A stretch of 64,000 nt of DNA from assembly GCA_016342495.1 (NCBI GenBank), contig JAEIOG010000011.1, positions 4,330 to 68,329 on the forward strand. Direction: 5' to 3'. The translations under genes were made by a program, and so were the position numbers. The DNA comes from Phycisphaerae bacterium. Lineage in GTDB: Bacteria; Planctomycetota; Phycisphaerae; Sedimentisphaerales; SM23-30. The notes beneath the pieces were generated by a model. It was not told the origin of the DNA. It did not search any database and saw only the letters and a program-made list of their open reading frames with translations. Below are positions 46,592-57,025 of this stretch, one piece after another (the stretch's first letter is position 1; each line of letters starts with the position of its first letter).

Positions 46592-47875
46592 ATGAAAACA
46601 GCAGTTAGAGCACAATTGTCTACTATGATGTTTGTAGAGTTTTTTGTCTGGGGTGCCTGGACGGTAATTTTAGTAACCTATCTGATGTCTGGCATGGGCT
46701 TTAGTGGCAAGCAGGTAGGGGCCGCTTATGGTACTGCCGCTATTGCTTCGATGATTTCTCCATTTTTCGTGGGGATGTTCGCCGATAGATTCTTCTCGGC
46801 TCAAAAACTATTAGCCTTTTTGCATTTACTGGGCGGGGCCCTGTTGATTTTTGTTATTCCAAAAGCTACCACTTGGGGTGCTTTCTATGGGGCTTTGTTG
46901 GCTTATATGCTTACTTATATGCCAACGCTGGCTTTGACCAATACCATAGCTTTAAAACAAATGCAGGATCCGGAAAAGGAATTCCCCCCGATTCGCCTGT
47001 TTGGTACATTGGGCTGGATTGCTGTGGGTTTTCTGGTGGGTTATATGTATTTAAGTGGCGATGGTAGCCTGAAAATGGTATTTGGCAAGGTAGAGGCCGG
47101 TAGCGATCTGGTTGAAGTGGCCCAAACTGCCATACCATTTAAGATGGCTGGTATTGGAGCAATTATTCTGGGATTGTTCAGCTTTATGTTGCCGAATACT
47201 CCGCCACAATCAGCTGGCCAGAAGATTACCGCCAGAGATATTTTAGGATTGGATGCTTTGAATCTGTTCAAGGATAAATCCTTTACTGTTTTTGCCATTT
47301 GTTCAATGCTTATTTGTATTCCTTTGGCTTTCTATTATAATTTTACTAATCAGTTTTTAGGTGATGCTGGTATGTTGAATGCCCCGGCTAAAATGACATT
47401 TGGCCAGATGTCTGAGGTATTCTTTATGCTCGTTATGCCGTTCTTCTTCAAACGCCTGGGCGTTAAGAAAATGTTGCTGGTTGGTATGATTTTCTGGACA
47501 GCACGTTATTTGTGTTTCTCTTTTGGCTATAGTCAGCAGGCCCTTATCCTATTGTATCTGGGTATTATTTTCCACGGTATCTGCTATGACTTTTTCTTTG
47601 TTACCGGTCAGATTTATATCGATCAAAAGGCTCCAGATCATCTGCGTGGCAGTGCCCAGGGGCTGATAGCCTTTATTACTCTTGGCGTAGGTATGTTTAT
47701 TGGTGCCAATGTTTCTGGCATGATCGTAGATAATTATACAACTACAGTTGACGGGGTAGTTAAGCAGGATTGGGGCACTATCTGGATGATTCCCGCAGCG
47801 ATGGCGGCAGTGGTGGCAATAATCTTTGCTCTATTCTTTAAAGATGACAAGAAAACTGCTGAAGTTACAGATTAA
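46592..47875 (+). CDS. MFS transporter, nucleoside:H+ symporter (NupG/XapB-like) family
   Basis: AGGAG lies 6 nt before the ATG. The product has about 12 TM helices. The N-terminus LSTMMFVEFFVWGAWTVILVTYL resembles the NupG family signature. Confidence 0.7.
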   Translation: MKTAVRAQLSTMMFVEFFVWGAWTVILVTYLMSGMGFSGKQVGAAYGTAAIASMISPFFVGMFADRFFSAQKLLAFLHLLGGALLIFVIPKATTWGAFYGALLAYMLTYMPTLALTNTIALKQMQDPEKEFPPIRLFGTLGWIAVGFLVGYMYLSGDGSLKMVFGKVEAGSDLVEVAQTAIPFKMAGIGAIILGLFSFMLPNTPPQSAGQKITARDILGLDALNLFKDKSFTVFAICSMLICIPLAFYYNFTNQFLGDAGMLNAPAKMTFGQMSEVFFMLVMPFFFKRLGVKKMLLVGMIFWTARYLCFSFGYSQQALILLYLGIIFHGICYDFFFVTGQIYIDQKAPDHLRGSAQGLIAFITLGVGMFIGANVSGMIVDNYTTTVDGVVKQDWGTIWMIPAAMAAVVAIIFALFFKDDKKTAEVTD

Positions 47876-47888
47876 CAATTATTTTAAT

Positions 47889-47919
47889 GCCCTTGGGGTT
47901 TTCTCCAGGGGCTTATTTT
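47889..47919 (+). terminator. probable rho-independent terminator
   Basis: The stem is GCCCTTGG / CCAGGGGC (one G:U pair) followed by TTATTTT, after the MFS transporter gene. Confidence 0.55.
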
Positions 47920-47928
47920 GGAGATATT

Positions 47929-48795
47929 ATGAAATATTTAGTTTATAGTTTTTTGATAGGTTTGGTATTTGTTTTTAGTGGATGTTGTGGCGAAAAATGC
48001 TGTGGATGCAAGAGTCAGGCTGCGCCTGCCAAAGTAACCGATGGCTGGAAAATGGCTGTGCAGGGTTGGACTTTCAATCGTTTCACCTTATTCGAAGCTA
48101 TTGAAAATGTTGACAAATTAGGTTTAGACTATATTGAATGTTATCCGGGCCAAAAGCTATCTCCAGATAGTGATGTTCGATTCACCTACAATGTATCGGC
48201 TGAAGTCAAACAGCAGGTCAAAGACAAGCTGGCCCAACATAATGTTAAACTGGTTAATTTTGGTGTATTTGGCTTTCCCAAAGAACGTGAAAAATGTGTA
48301 GAAGTATTTGAATTTGCCAAAGAAATGGGTATTGAAACTATTGTTTCAGAACCTAAAACCGATCAGTTGGCTATGCTGGACGAATTAGCTCAGCAATATA
48401 AAATTAATATTGCTATCCATAATCATCCGCAGCCATCGTTTTACTGGAATCCTGATACCGTGTTGAAAGCTTTGGAAGGCCGCAGTAAATATATGGGGGC
48501 TTGCGGTGATGTTGGTCATTGGATGCGTAGTGGTGTTAATCCTGTAGAAGCTGTTCAAAAGCTTAAAGGCAAAATTATCAGCTTCCATTTCAAAGACTTA
48601 AATGAATTTGGAAACAAAGGTGCCCATGATATGCCATGGGGTACTGGTGTTGGCAATGCAACCGCTGTTTTAGATGAAATCAAAAAACAGGGTTTTCAAG
48701 GTGTTTTCACTGCTGAATATGAATACAACTGGGATAATTCTATGCCGGAATTAGCCCAATGTGTGGCATTCTTTAAGGCTTATCAGAATAATTGA
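47929..48795 (+). CDS. exported sugar phosphate isomerase/epimerase (xylose isomerase-like TIM barrel), lipoprotein
   Basis: This is ORF 47887-48795. The upstream extension overlaps a terminator hairpin, and ATG 47929 follows GGAG. It has a lipobox (FSGC) and the barrel motifs LGLDYIECYPGQ, AIHNHP, GDVGHW and TAEYEY. Confidence 0.75.
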   Translation: MKYLVYSFLIGLVFVFSGCCGEKCCGCKSQAAPAKVTDGWKMAVQGWTFNRFTLFEAIENVDKLGLDYIECYPGQKLSPDSDVRFTYNVSAEVKQQVKDKLAQHNVKLVNFGVFGFPKEREKCVEVFEFAKEMGIETIVSEPKTDQLAMLDELAQQYKINIAIHNHPQPSFYWNPDTVLKALEGRSKYMGACGDVGHWMRSGVNPVEAVQKLKGKIISFHFKDLNEFGNKGAHDMPWGTGVGNATAVLDEIKKQGFQGVFTAEYEYNWDNSMPELAQCVAFFKAYQNN

Positions 48796-48817
48796 TAATA
48801 AACAATTAATAATCAGG

Positions 48818-48849
48818 AAGGCATGCTGTTTTACGGGCATGCCTTTTTT
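48818..48849 (+). terminator. rho-independent terminator
   Basis: The stem is AAGGCATGC / GCATGCCTT followed by a T-run. Confidence 0.75.
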
Positions 48850-48864
48850 AATTCAGAGGTATAT

Positions 48865-50280
48865 ATGGATAGAAGAAACTTTCTAAAAGGTATGGGCGTG
48901 ATGGCGGTATCTTTTGCCGTCCCAGGTTGCAGTAATGCCGGCTTCAGCAAGCAAAATAAAAGACCAAACATTATTTTATGCATGACTGATGACCAGGGCT
49001 GGGGTGATACCGGCTATAATGGCAATCAATATGTCAAAACTCCCAATCTTGACCTGATGGCAAAGACCGGCGTGCGTTTTGATCGGTTTTATTCAGCCGC
49101 TCCGGTGTGTTCACCTACCCGCGGAAGTTGCATAACTGGCCGCCATCCATATCGTTATGGTATTTTCTTTGCCAATGCTGGCCATATGAAAAAAGAAGAG
49201 ATGACTTTAGCAGAAGTGCTGAAACCCTTGGGATATACAACTGGACATTTTGGTAAATGGCACATGGGAACTTTAACTACCAAGATTAAAGATGCCAATA
49301 GAGGTAAACCTGGTGATGCTTCGCATTATAGTCCGCCCTGGGAAAATGGGTTTGATACCTGCTTTTCTACTGAATCGAAGGTTCCTACTTATGACCCGAT
49401 GAAAAACCCTGAAGAACCTGAAAAACCTTATGGCACATATTATTGGCAGGGGCCAGACCAGATGGTCAAAGAAAACCTTGATGGCGATGACAGCCGTATT
49501 ATTATGGACAGGGCGATTCCCTTTATGCAAAAGGCTGCCAAAAATAATCAGCCATTCTTTATGGTTATTTGGTTCCACAGCCCGCACTTGCCAGTTGTCG
49601 CAGGGGCCCAATATCATCAAATGTATAAGGATTTACCTGAACATGGGCGTAATTTCTTTGGCTGTATCACCGCGATGGATAAACAAATGGGGCGGCTACG
49701 GACTGAACTGGAAAATTCAGACGTTGCCAACGATACCATGCTGTTTTTCTGTAGTGATAATGGTCCCGAAGGTAAAAAATATGATCTGGAAAACGCTGCT
49801 GGCTCAGCTAAAAATCTCAGAGGCCGTAAGCGTTCACTATATGAAGGTGGAATACGCGTTCCGGGTATAATGCTTTGGCCAGCAAAGATTAGTTCTTCAA
49901 TGATTATCGACACGCCTTGTGGAACAGTTGATTATTTCCCCACTGTTATGGATGCTCTTGGATATACATTGAATAACGATCCCGGCCCTATTGATGGACA
50001 ATCACTATTACCTTTTATCTATGGCAAAACCAAGTTAAGAACGGCACCTTTATGCTTTCAATCGCAAAAGCAGTTGGCTTTGACTGATAATCGGTTGAAG
50101 CTATACAGTAAAGATGGCGGTAAAACCTATGAACTTTATGATATAGTCAAAGACCCTGCTGAAGCTACCGATATCTCAGCCGATTTTCCTGAAGAAAAGG
50201 CCCGGTATATTCAGCAATTAAACCAATGGCAACAATCTTGTAAAGCTTCTTTGGATGGCCGAGACTATCTTGAACAATAA
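48865..50280 (+). CDS. sulfatase (Tat signal, lipobox)
   Basis: This is ORF 48823-50280. Its extension overlaps the terminator at 48818-48849, and ATG 48865 gives MDRRNFLKG..PGCS. DDQGWGD, the signature CSPTRGSCITGR and GKWH are present. Confidence 0.9.
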   Translation: MDRRNFLKGMGVMAVSFAVPGCSNAGFSKQNKRPNIILCMTDDQGWGDTGYNGNQYVKTPNLDLMAKTGVRFDRFYSAAPVCSPTRGSCITGRHPYRYGIFFANAGHMKKEEMTLAEVLKPLGYTTGHFGKWHMGTLTTKIKDANRGKPGDASHYSPPWENGFDTCFSTESKVPTYDPMKNPEEPEKPYGTYYWQGPDQMVKENLDGDDSRIIMDRAIPFMQKAAKNNQPFFMVIWFHSPHLPVVAGAQYHQMYKDLPEHGRNFFGCITAMDKQMGRLRTELENSDVANDTMLFFCSDNGPEGKKYDLENAAGSAKNLRGRKRSLYEGGIRVPGIMLWPAKISSSMIIDTPCGTVDYFPTVMDALGYTLNNDPGPIDGQSLLPFIYGKTKLRTAPLCFQSQKQLALTDNRLKLYSKDGGKTYELYDIVKDPAEATDISADFPEEKARYIQQLNQWQQSCKASLDGRDYLEQ

Positions 50281-50367
50281 TTAATAGCTTGTCCCATAAT
50301 ATTAATCTGCTATGATATTTCATGCTAGATGATGTAAAGTGCATCTGGCATGATTTTTCTATAAGTT

Positions 50368-51873
50368 ATGGTGTTTATGGCTGAATTAGTTGCAAAAATT
50401 AAATCTGGAAGCTTCTGGCTGATAATTCGATTTATCCTGGCATCTCTGGTGGGTCTGGTTACTATGCCTATGATAACTAGAGGACTGACAGTCAAGCAAT
50501 ATGGCATATATAGCATGCTTTTTAGTTTGATGTTCTATGTTGCCACGCTGTCTTCACTGGGTATCAATGACGTTTTTCAGCGATTCATTCCAGATGCTTA
50601 TCAGAAAAAAGATTATGGTTTTATAAAAAATATCGTTTTTAAAGGTTTGTTTATCAGACTTTTCTCCGCTACGGTATTTATTTTAATGCTTATCTTTTTT
50701 TCCAAAGAAATTGGTTCCATGCTTGGAGTTGCGGGCTGGGAGGAATATTTTTCTTATTTCAGTATAGGTATTATTTTTTTTCTGGGTTATTTACTGTTCG
50801 TGATTGTTTTTCAGGGTATTTTTTTACAGAAATATTCTGCTATTGTTGCTATTGCTTCTTTACTGGTCAGATTCTTGGCACTGTGCGTGATTTTTGCGAT
50901 GGGGTTTAAGTTACTGGCTCTCATTATTGTGGAAATAGCTATTTGGATTTTGAGTTTCACTTTAGCTTTATATTTTTATCAGCATAAATTTGTCAAACCG
51001 ATAGGCCTGGTTGAAAAAACAAAAATCCCACTCCGTCGGTTGCTTAGCTATAGTGGCTATTCAGCGTTCAATGAGGCTGGCCATGTAGTATTCAGTTCGG
51101 CTACTGATTTGCTGGTTATAGGTATTTTTCTTGACCCTTTTAAAGCTGGGATATATGGCTTTTGCTGCAAAATAGCGGATTATTTCTGGAAGTTTTTACC
51201 TACCGGAATTCTTTGGGAGATGATCGTTCCGGTTTTCTTTTCCCGTCATGCAAAATCAAAATGTAATAAGGAATTGAATATCATGTTCAATTTCCTGGTT
51301 AAGACGGATTTGTTTTTCACTTTACCATTGGCCCTTACAGTTTTTATTCTAGGCCAGGAAATAATCCAGATTGTATTCGGTGAAAAATATTTATCCGCTT
51401 ATCCGGTTCTTTGTGTTGTAACAAGCTTTTTTGTAGTCAGCACTATCCAGAGTCCAATAGGCAATGTTTTAAGAGCAGTTGAAAAAATGAACGTGGTTTT
51501 TCATTCTCAGTTTTTTGCGATATTAAATCTTGTAGGTGATATTCTGGTAGTCAATAAATATGGCATAATTGGTATTGCCTGGGTTACTTCAATTTCGATT
51601 CTGGGCAAAAATTTATATTGTTTTTATTTTGCTCGAAAAGCCGTAGATTTAAAAGTTGATATTGCCCCTTTGTTGAAAATTGTCACGAACGGATTGGTCG
51701 TTGGTGTGCTGTTTTGGACATTGAAAAGTCATACGCAAGGCCCGATATCCTTGGCGATTATAGTGGTATCCGGTGTTTTGATATATTTGCTGTTAAGCTA
51801 TTTTAATAACTTCTTTGACAAAACTGAAAAAGAATTCTTACTGAAAGTTCTGCCAGTTAAACTTTGGCGATAA
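50368..51873 (+). CDS. polysaccharide/oligosaccharide flippase (MOP/Wzx-like)
   Basis: The 501-aa product has about 12-14 TM helices, and the gene is very A+T-rich. The topology and length are typical of Wzx-type flippases. Confidence 0.65.
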   Translation: MVFMAELVAKIKSGSFWLIIRFILASLVGLVTMPMITRGLTVKQYGIYSMLFSLMFYVATLSSLGINDVFQRFIPDAYQKKDYGFIKNIVFKGLFIRLFSATVFILMLIFFSKEIGSMLGVAGWEEYFSYFSIGIIFFLGYLLFVIVFQGIFLQKYSAIVAIASLLVRFLALCVIFAMGFKLLALIIVEIAIWILSFTLALYFYQHKFVKPIGLVEKTKIPLRRLLSYSGYSAFNEAGHVVFSSATDLLVIGIFLDPFKAGIYGFCCKIADYFWKFLPTGILWEMIVPVFFSRHAKSKCNKELNIMFNFLVKTDLFFTLPLALTVFILGQEIIQIVFGEKYLSAYPVLCVVTSFFVVSTIQSPIGNVLRAVEKMNVVFHSQFFAILNLVGDILVVNKYGIIGIAWVTSISILGKNLYCFYFARKAVDLKVDIAPLLKIVTNGLVVGVLFWTLKSHTQGPISLAIIVVSGVLIYLLLSYFNNFFDKTEKEFLLKVLPVKLWR

Positions 51874-51904
51874 TATTATAATTGCATTTTACAGGAGTGA
51901 TATA

Positions 51905-53146
51905 ATGGAAACTTTAAAAGTTGGTTTTATTGGTTCGGGTTTTATTGCCAGGTTTCTTGCTACCGCTTTTCAACACGTTCGTGGCATTGAACTTGTTGGC
52001 GTATTAAAACGTAGCACTTCCGAGGATATTTCAGCATTTGCTCGTCAGATTGGGGTTGGAGAATGTAAAGTGTATTCGACGATTAAAGAGTTGTGTCAGA
52101 ATTGTGATACTGTTGCTATCCTTTCTCCCAATTATGCCCGACTGGAAACGGTTCAGGAAATAGTCGATATTGTTAAAAGTGGAGTTGAGCTTAAGGGGCT
52201 GATATGTGAAAAACCATTGGGGAGAACGGTAGCTGAAGCAACAAAACTTGTCGAACTGGCCGAAGAGATACAGCTACCTACGGCCTACATGGAAAATCAG
52301 ATACATATGAAGGTTGTCAAAAATGCGATCATTCAAACTGCTCGTGTCCAGGAATTAATGGGGCCTTTAACTATGGTTCGCAGCAGCGAAGAACACGCCG
52401 GTCCGCATAATCCATGGTTCTGGGACCCTACGAAACAGGGCGGCGGTGCCCTTAGTGATCTTGCTTGCCATAGTATCGCTGTTAGTTGGTTTATGCTGAC
52501 GCCAACGGGTAAGCCATTGGACTATCTCAAACCAGTTTCGGTTAATGCTGAAACAGCATTGTTGAAATGGGGCTCCGGGATTTATCGTGACCAATTGCGT
52601 GAAAAAATGGGTATTGACTATGCAAAAACTCCGGCTGAAGATTTTGCCACAGGTATGGTAACTTTTAAAAATCCTGAAACGGGTTTTCTAAGTAAAGCCC
52701 AATTTACTAATTCCTGGATGTATGACAAGCAAGGTCTGCGAATATTAATGGAAGCTCTTGGCCCTGGCTATGCATTTGAAATCAATTCGTTAAAGTCTCC
52801 GTTGGAAGTTTTTATCGCAGATTCTGCGGCGGATGCTTTGGCTGATGCCGAAACTGCATTGGAAAAGGCGACTTCTTCGCGGGGCCTTATCCCGGTTCAG
52901 CCAAATGAAGCTGACCTTTTTGGTTATACAGATGAATTTGTTGAAGTTCGGGATGCTTTTCTTGCTGGCAGAGATGCTTTACTGAATTGGCGATATGGCC
53001 TTGAAATAACTAAATTATGTCAGGCCGCCTATATGTCAGCTGAAAGAAGATGTACTATTGACCTTACTGATGTGAATATTCAAAAAGAACTTGAATCCTA
53101 TACCTCACTGATCGCTCAAGGGAGAGGCGCCGAAGTTTTGTATTAA
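51905..53146 (+). CDS. Gfo/Idh/MocA family oxidoreductase (cytoplasmic)
   Basis: AGGAG lies 7 nt before the ATG. It has Rossmann KVGFIGSGFIAR and ICEKP. Confidence 0.8.
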   Translation: METLKVGFIGSGFIARFLATAFQHVRGIELVGVLKRSTSEDISAFARQIGVGECKVYSTIKELCQNCDTVAILSPNYARLETVQEIVDIVKSGVELKGLICEKPLGRTVAEATKLVELAEEIQLPTAYMENQIHMKVVKNAIIQTARVQELMGPLTMVRSSEEHAGPHNPWFWDPTKQGGGALSDLACHSIAVSWFMLTPTGKPLDYLKPVSVNAETALLKWGSGIYRDQLREKMGIDYAKTPAEDFATGMVTFKNPETGFLSKAQFTNSWMYDKQGLRILMEALGPGYAFEINSLKSPLEVFIADSAADALADAETALEKATSSRGLIPVQPNEADLFGYTDEFVEVRDAFLAGRDALLNWRYGLEITKLCQAAYMSAERRCTIDLTDVNIQKELESYTSLIAQGRGAEVLY

Positions 53147-53178
53147 AATTATCAGGTGGCTGTTAAGCAGCAATGGTA

Positions 53179-54861
53179 TTACTTGACGCTAACGGCTGCT
53201 TCGGTGGTCCAGCGGCCATCTGGGTTAACCCACAGCATGCCGGTATTACTGAAAAATTCCAGCCGGGCAATTGCATATGCTACAGCTGTTTTGGTGAGGT
53301 CATTATGGCTTTCGATATAATCTTCCTGGGCATCTAATACATCGCGAGTATTGGCCCGATTGACTTTTAAAAGTTTTTGCGTATTATTAAATCTTTCTAG
53401 GGCTAGAACTGTGCTTTGTTTTAGAATTGGTAAAAGGGTTTTGCTCTCTTGCATATTTCTCAAGGAATCCTGGACATCAAATTTGATTTGTTCAGTTATA
53501 ATCTGGTGACTGCGTTGGCGCTGAGCCAGGTTAATCAGCGAGCGTTTATAAGTATATTTTTCCTGTTTTCTATCTATAGGCAGGTCCAGCTTAAGAAAAA
53601 CTTCGTAATTCTGGGCTGTTTTAGTCAGTCCTCCCGGTTCGGCTCCAAAAGTGAGGGATTCACTGTCTGAGGCAAATGCCCCGGTGATAGATAAATCTGT
53701 TTTTAAGGCATCGCCTGCAACATAAACCTTGCGGTGAGCATCGATAACCTGGTCGCTGGCATTAATAAGGTCCAGTCTTTGATTCAAGGCGTATTCAATA
53801 GCTTTTTCGTTGGTCATGGGTAAATCAGCGGGTTCACTTGCGTTTAATATTTCAAGTTCAGCATAATCCAGCGTAATTTCCTGAACTTGCGGGATCAATA
53901 GACGTAATTTGAATTCGTCCAGCATTTGCTCATATTCTTTTTGGGTCTGAACTAAGTTATTCTGGGCTTCATTTTTATCCTGAATCGCTTGCTGAAGTTC
54001 ATGTTTAGGAAGTCGTCCATACTGTGATAATATTTTTGAGTTCGATAAGAAATTTTCCAGTAATTCAAGATTTAGCTTTGCAGTTGTCAGTTCGTCCTGC
54101 TTTTGTAATAATAAATAATAATCAGTTGTGACAGATACGATAAATTCTTTGCGGAACTGGTTGAAATCTCGCACTGCATACAGCGTATCTCGCTGAGCCT
54201 GTGTGAGCTTTTCCAGCACTACAACTCGATCTGCCCCACGAAGCAAAGGTTGAGTTATCACAGCTGAGAAAATAGAATTAGCTCCGCTTTTGATATCGCC
54301 GGTTAGTACATTGAGATATGTGCTTTGTATCGCGGTATTAAAAACTGCTCCGGTTGCCAATAGTTTTTCAAAACCATTTTCAGAATCAGCTCTTAGTGCA
54401 TTATCGTTGCGTCTTTGCCCTTGATAGCCAGCATCTGTGGTGCTAAAAGGGATCATTTCATAGAAATATTCTACTTTTTTTTGATCCAGGGCGGTAATGA
54501 AAAGCATTTCCCGGGAGGCATTGTATTCATTGCTTCTCTCAATAGCCAACTTGACAGCGTCAACTAATTTAAGCGGATTGGCATTGTCAATTGCGACGGC
54601 CTGGCAAGCTTTATTACGCTTAGCTGGAATAATACCTTTTTTGTCGTCATCAGTCAGATATTCTGAAATTTTATAATCTGCTAAACTGCCGTAGCTGTCT
54701 GACCAGTTTGATTCAATAATAGAGTTGACATCTTGATCTAAATCGTCTGAAAGTTTTGCTCCGGGCTTGCTACAGCCAACGGCAAACAGGCAGGAATAGA
54801 AGATTAACATCAGAATTTGATTTATTCTGCAAGATTTATTTGTGATATGCATTGTAGGCAT
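53179..54861 (-). CDS. TolC-family outer membrane efflux lipoprotein
   Basis: It has a lipobox (FAVGC) and the two-repeat alpha/beta OMF pattern. Its ATG overlaps the stop of the upstream adaptor gene (TAATG). Confidence 0.8.
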   Translation of the reverse strand: MPTMHITNKSCRINQILMLIFYSCLFAVGCSKPGAKLSDDLDQDVNSIIESNWSDSYGSLADYKISEYLTDDDKKGIIPAKRNKACQAVAIDNANPLKLVDAVKLAIERSNEYNASREMLFITALDQKKVEYFYEMIPFSTTDAGYQGQRRNDNALRADSENGFEKLLATGAVFNTAIQSTYLNVLTGDIKSGANSIFSAVITQPLLRGADRVVVLEKLTQAQRDTLYAVRDFNQFRKEFIVSVTTDYYLLLQKQDELTTAKLNLELLENFLSNSKILSQYGRLPKHELQQAIQDKNEAQNNLVQTQKEYEQMLDEFKLRLLIPQVQEITLDYAELEILNASEPADLPMTNEKAIEYALNQRLDLINASDQVIDAHRKVYVAGDALKTDLSITGAFASDSESLTFGAEPGGLTKTAQNYEVFLKLDLPIDRKQEKYTYKRSLINLAQRQRSHQIITEQIKFDVQDSLRNMQESKTLLPILKQSTVLALERFNNTQKLLKVNRANTRDVLDAQEDYIESHNDLTKTAVAYAIARLEFFSNTGMLWVNPDGRWTTEAAVSVK

Positions 54862-56027
54862 TATTTGATCCCGCGTATTCCAACAACTTCATCAGGAGTC
54901 AATCCCATAATATCACCGTTAACAGGGATAATCGCGGGCCAACCCCATTTGGGCATTGTCGGACTGTCCCACATATGTTCGGGCAACAATTCTATTGCTG
55001 GACTAAGTGATTCTATTCTGGAGGCAAATATAATTCTGGGCTCTGTAGTTTTGATAACTTCAACAAGCATATCTTTTTTAACAATACCGAGTTGACCCTG
55101 ATTAAGCCAAAGCTTGACCTGATCCGGTGTTGTCGCTGTTATTTCAAAAATAGCATCGTTTTTTGCTACTGTTTGAGCATTGTCGGGGCGATGGTAGATT
55201 TTACTGATAATTCCATCAAATGGTGCGACAATCGCAATTACAGTTTCAGGAAGCAAAAGTTCAGCAATTTTCTTTTGCTGAAGGTCAATCGCTTTTTTCA
55301 ATGGCTCCAACAGCTCAGTTGAGAATTCTGTAAAACTGGAATTAAAACTATTCGCTCTTTGTTTAAGTGTTTCCAGTTGTTTTTGAGCAGCGAAAAGCAT
55401 TTTTTCGTTGCCTTCAATTTTTTTGGCAAGTGTTTCATATTGAACTTGTGCTTTTTGTACTTCATATTCTTCAATAGCTTTTTGAGCAAAAAGCTCAGCC
55501 AACGTATCTTTTTCCAGTTGGAGATCTTTCAGTAGAATCTTATCTGGTTCCAGCTCGGTCTGGATTTCAATGACATCTATTCTTGCTTTTTCAGTTTCAA
55601 GTAGAAGCTGCCAATAGCGATATTGCAAATCCTGCTTATGTTTTTGGTTTTCTAAGTTGAGTTTCTGTTCGGTGGCAATGAGGTCTGCGCGAATCTTTTC
55701 GAGTTCAGCTGTGGCTGTATTTTTTTTAAGTTCGAGCATAGCCATATCATATCTTTGGTCAACATTATTCTGAACATTGAGATAGGCTAATACCTGGTCT
55801 TTTTGAACATATTGATATTCTTTGATTGCTAGTTGCTGGCTATTGTGAGTATTGATTAAAACGCCAGTATCAACAGCTTTAATAACACATTTTTCGCCTT
55901 GGGCCATTCCTACCTGCTGGAAGCTTGCCGCCTGATGTGAATACAAAAGAACAACTGCTCCAAGAGCTGTAATCCATACAACAATAGGAAGAAAGCTGAT
56001 ATGTAATTTTCCTTTATGGTGATTCAT
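54861..56027 (-). CDS. HlyD/EmrA-type periplasmic adaptor (membrane fusion protein)
   Basis: It has a single N-terminal TM helix, a coiled coil of about 150 aa, and a C-terminal beta-barrel (IVAPFDGIIS). Confidence 0.8.
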   Translation of the reverse strand: MNHHKGKLHISFLPIVVWITALGAVVLLYSHQAASFQQVGMAQGEKCVIKAVDTGVLINTHNSQQLAIKEYQYVQKDQVLAYLNVQNNVDQRYDMAMLELKKNTATAELEKIRADLIATEQKLNLENQKHKQDLQYRYWQLLLETEKARIDVIEIQTELEPDKILLKDLQLEKDTLAELFAQKAIEEYEVQKAQVQYETLAKKIEGNEKMLFAAQKQLETLKQRANSFNSSFTEFSTELLEPLKKAIDLQQKKIAELLLPETVIAIVAPFDGIISKIYHRPDNAQTVAKNDAIFEITATTPDQVKLWLNQGQLGIVKKDMLVEVIKTTEPRIIFASRIESLSPAIELLPEHMWDSPTMPKWGWPAIIPVNGDIMGLTPDEVVGIRGIK

Positions 56028-56039
56028 ATGTATATCCGT

Positions 56040-56741
56040 TTACATTTCCAGAAGTTGTTCCTGCATTGTCAAGCTCAGATGCGATATGTCCTGAATATCT
56101 TGAATTTGGGAAATCATCTGTTCATTTTTGGTAGAATTCTTAACCAGCACCTGATAAGCATAATCGGTTTTGTTGGGGTCACTGGGATTGCTATTTGATG
56201 AAATAAGTGTGAAATTTCTGCAGAAGCGTTTTAGGGTGGAATGCATCGGGTGGTTGCTGTCCAGATGCGTTGCTGAAGTAAAGCTTATAAAACCATTGGA
56301 AGGGTACCGCATGCCAAAATCAGAAATATGCATATAGACAAATACCAGGCATAAGAAAAATGTGCCTATACATGCGATCCCATATTTTCCGGTACCGCAA
56401 GCCATGCCTATTACCAGAGCGCAAAATAGAAATGCGATATCACGGGTATTTTTAATGATATTTCGGAATCTAATAATGGATAAGCCACCCATTAATCCAA
56501 CCGCAACCACGAAGCTGCCAGAGATGATTGGCATTATAAGTGAAACAACCATTGTAATGACAATCAGTGATTGTACAAATGATTTTGAATATGACAACCC
56601 ATTATGGGTATAGCTGTATATCCATGCCAAGGCCTGACTCAGAACAAAAGCTAATAGCAAAGAGTGCAACACAGCCCATACTTCAAGGCTGGTGCCTATG
56701 CCGTTATTGTTGTTTATAATATTCCAAATTTTGTCTATCAT
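56040..56741 (-). CDS. DUF4956 domain membrane protein
   Basis: It has 4-5 TM helices and the DUF4956 hallmark GLSIIRFRNIIKNTRDIAFLF. It ends 12 nt before the adaptor gene. Confidence 0.8.
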   Translation of the reverse strand: MIDKIWNIINNNNGIGTSLEVWAVLHSLLLAFVLSQALAWIYSYTHNGLSYSKSFVQSLIVITMVVSLIMPIISGSFVVAVGLMGGLSIIRFRNIIKNTRDIAFLFCALVIGMACGTGKYGIACIGTFFLCLVFVYMHISDFGMRYPSNGFISFTSATHLDSNHPMHSTLKRFCRNFTLISSNSNPSDPNKTDYAYQVLVKNSTKNEQMISQIQDIQDISHLSLTMQEQLLEM

Positions 56742-57025
56742 AGTTTACGTTCTAAAAAAATTAAATGAAATCTATAAATCAAAAGGCGTTCTATATTGCA
56801 TGCCTAAATCTGTTTGTTTTTAGTATGTGTTAGGGCTGGTCATCATGCAGGTAAGTTGCTTAACTCTAATTAAATTTCTGTTAATCGTGGAATCAGTAAA
56901 GAAAAAGAGTTTTCTATTAAAGATATACCACAATCCAGCAAATATTCGCATTTTTTGTTAAAAACTTTTAAAAGCCAATATGCTGAAAATTATTCACTTT
57001 ATGTATTATATCAACACTTCCTGGT

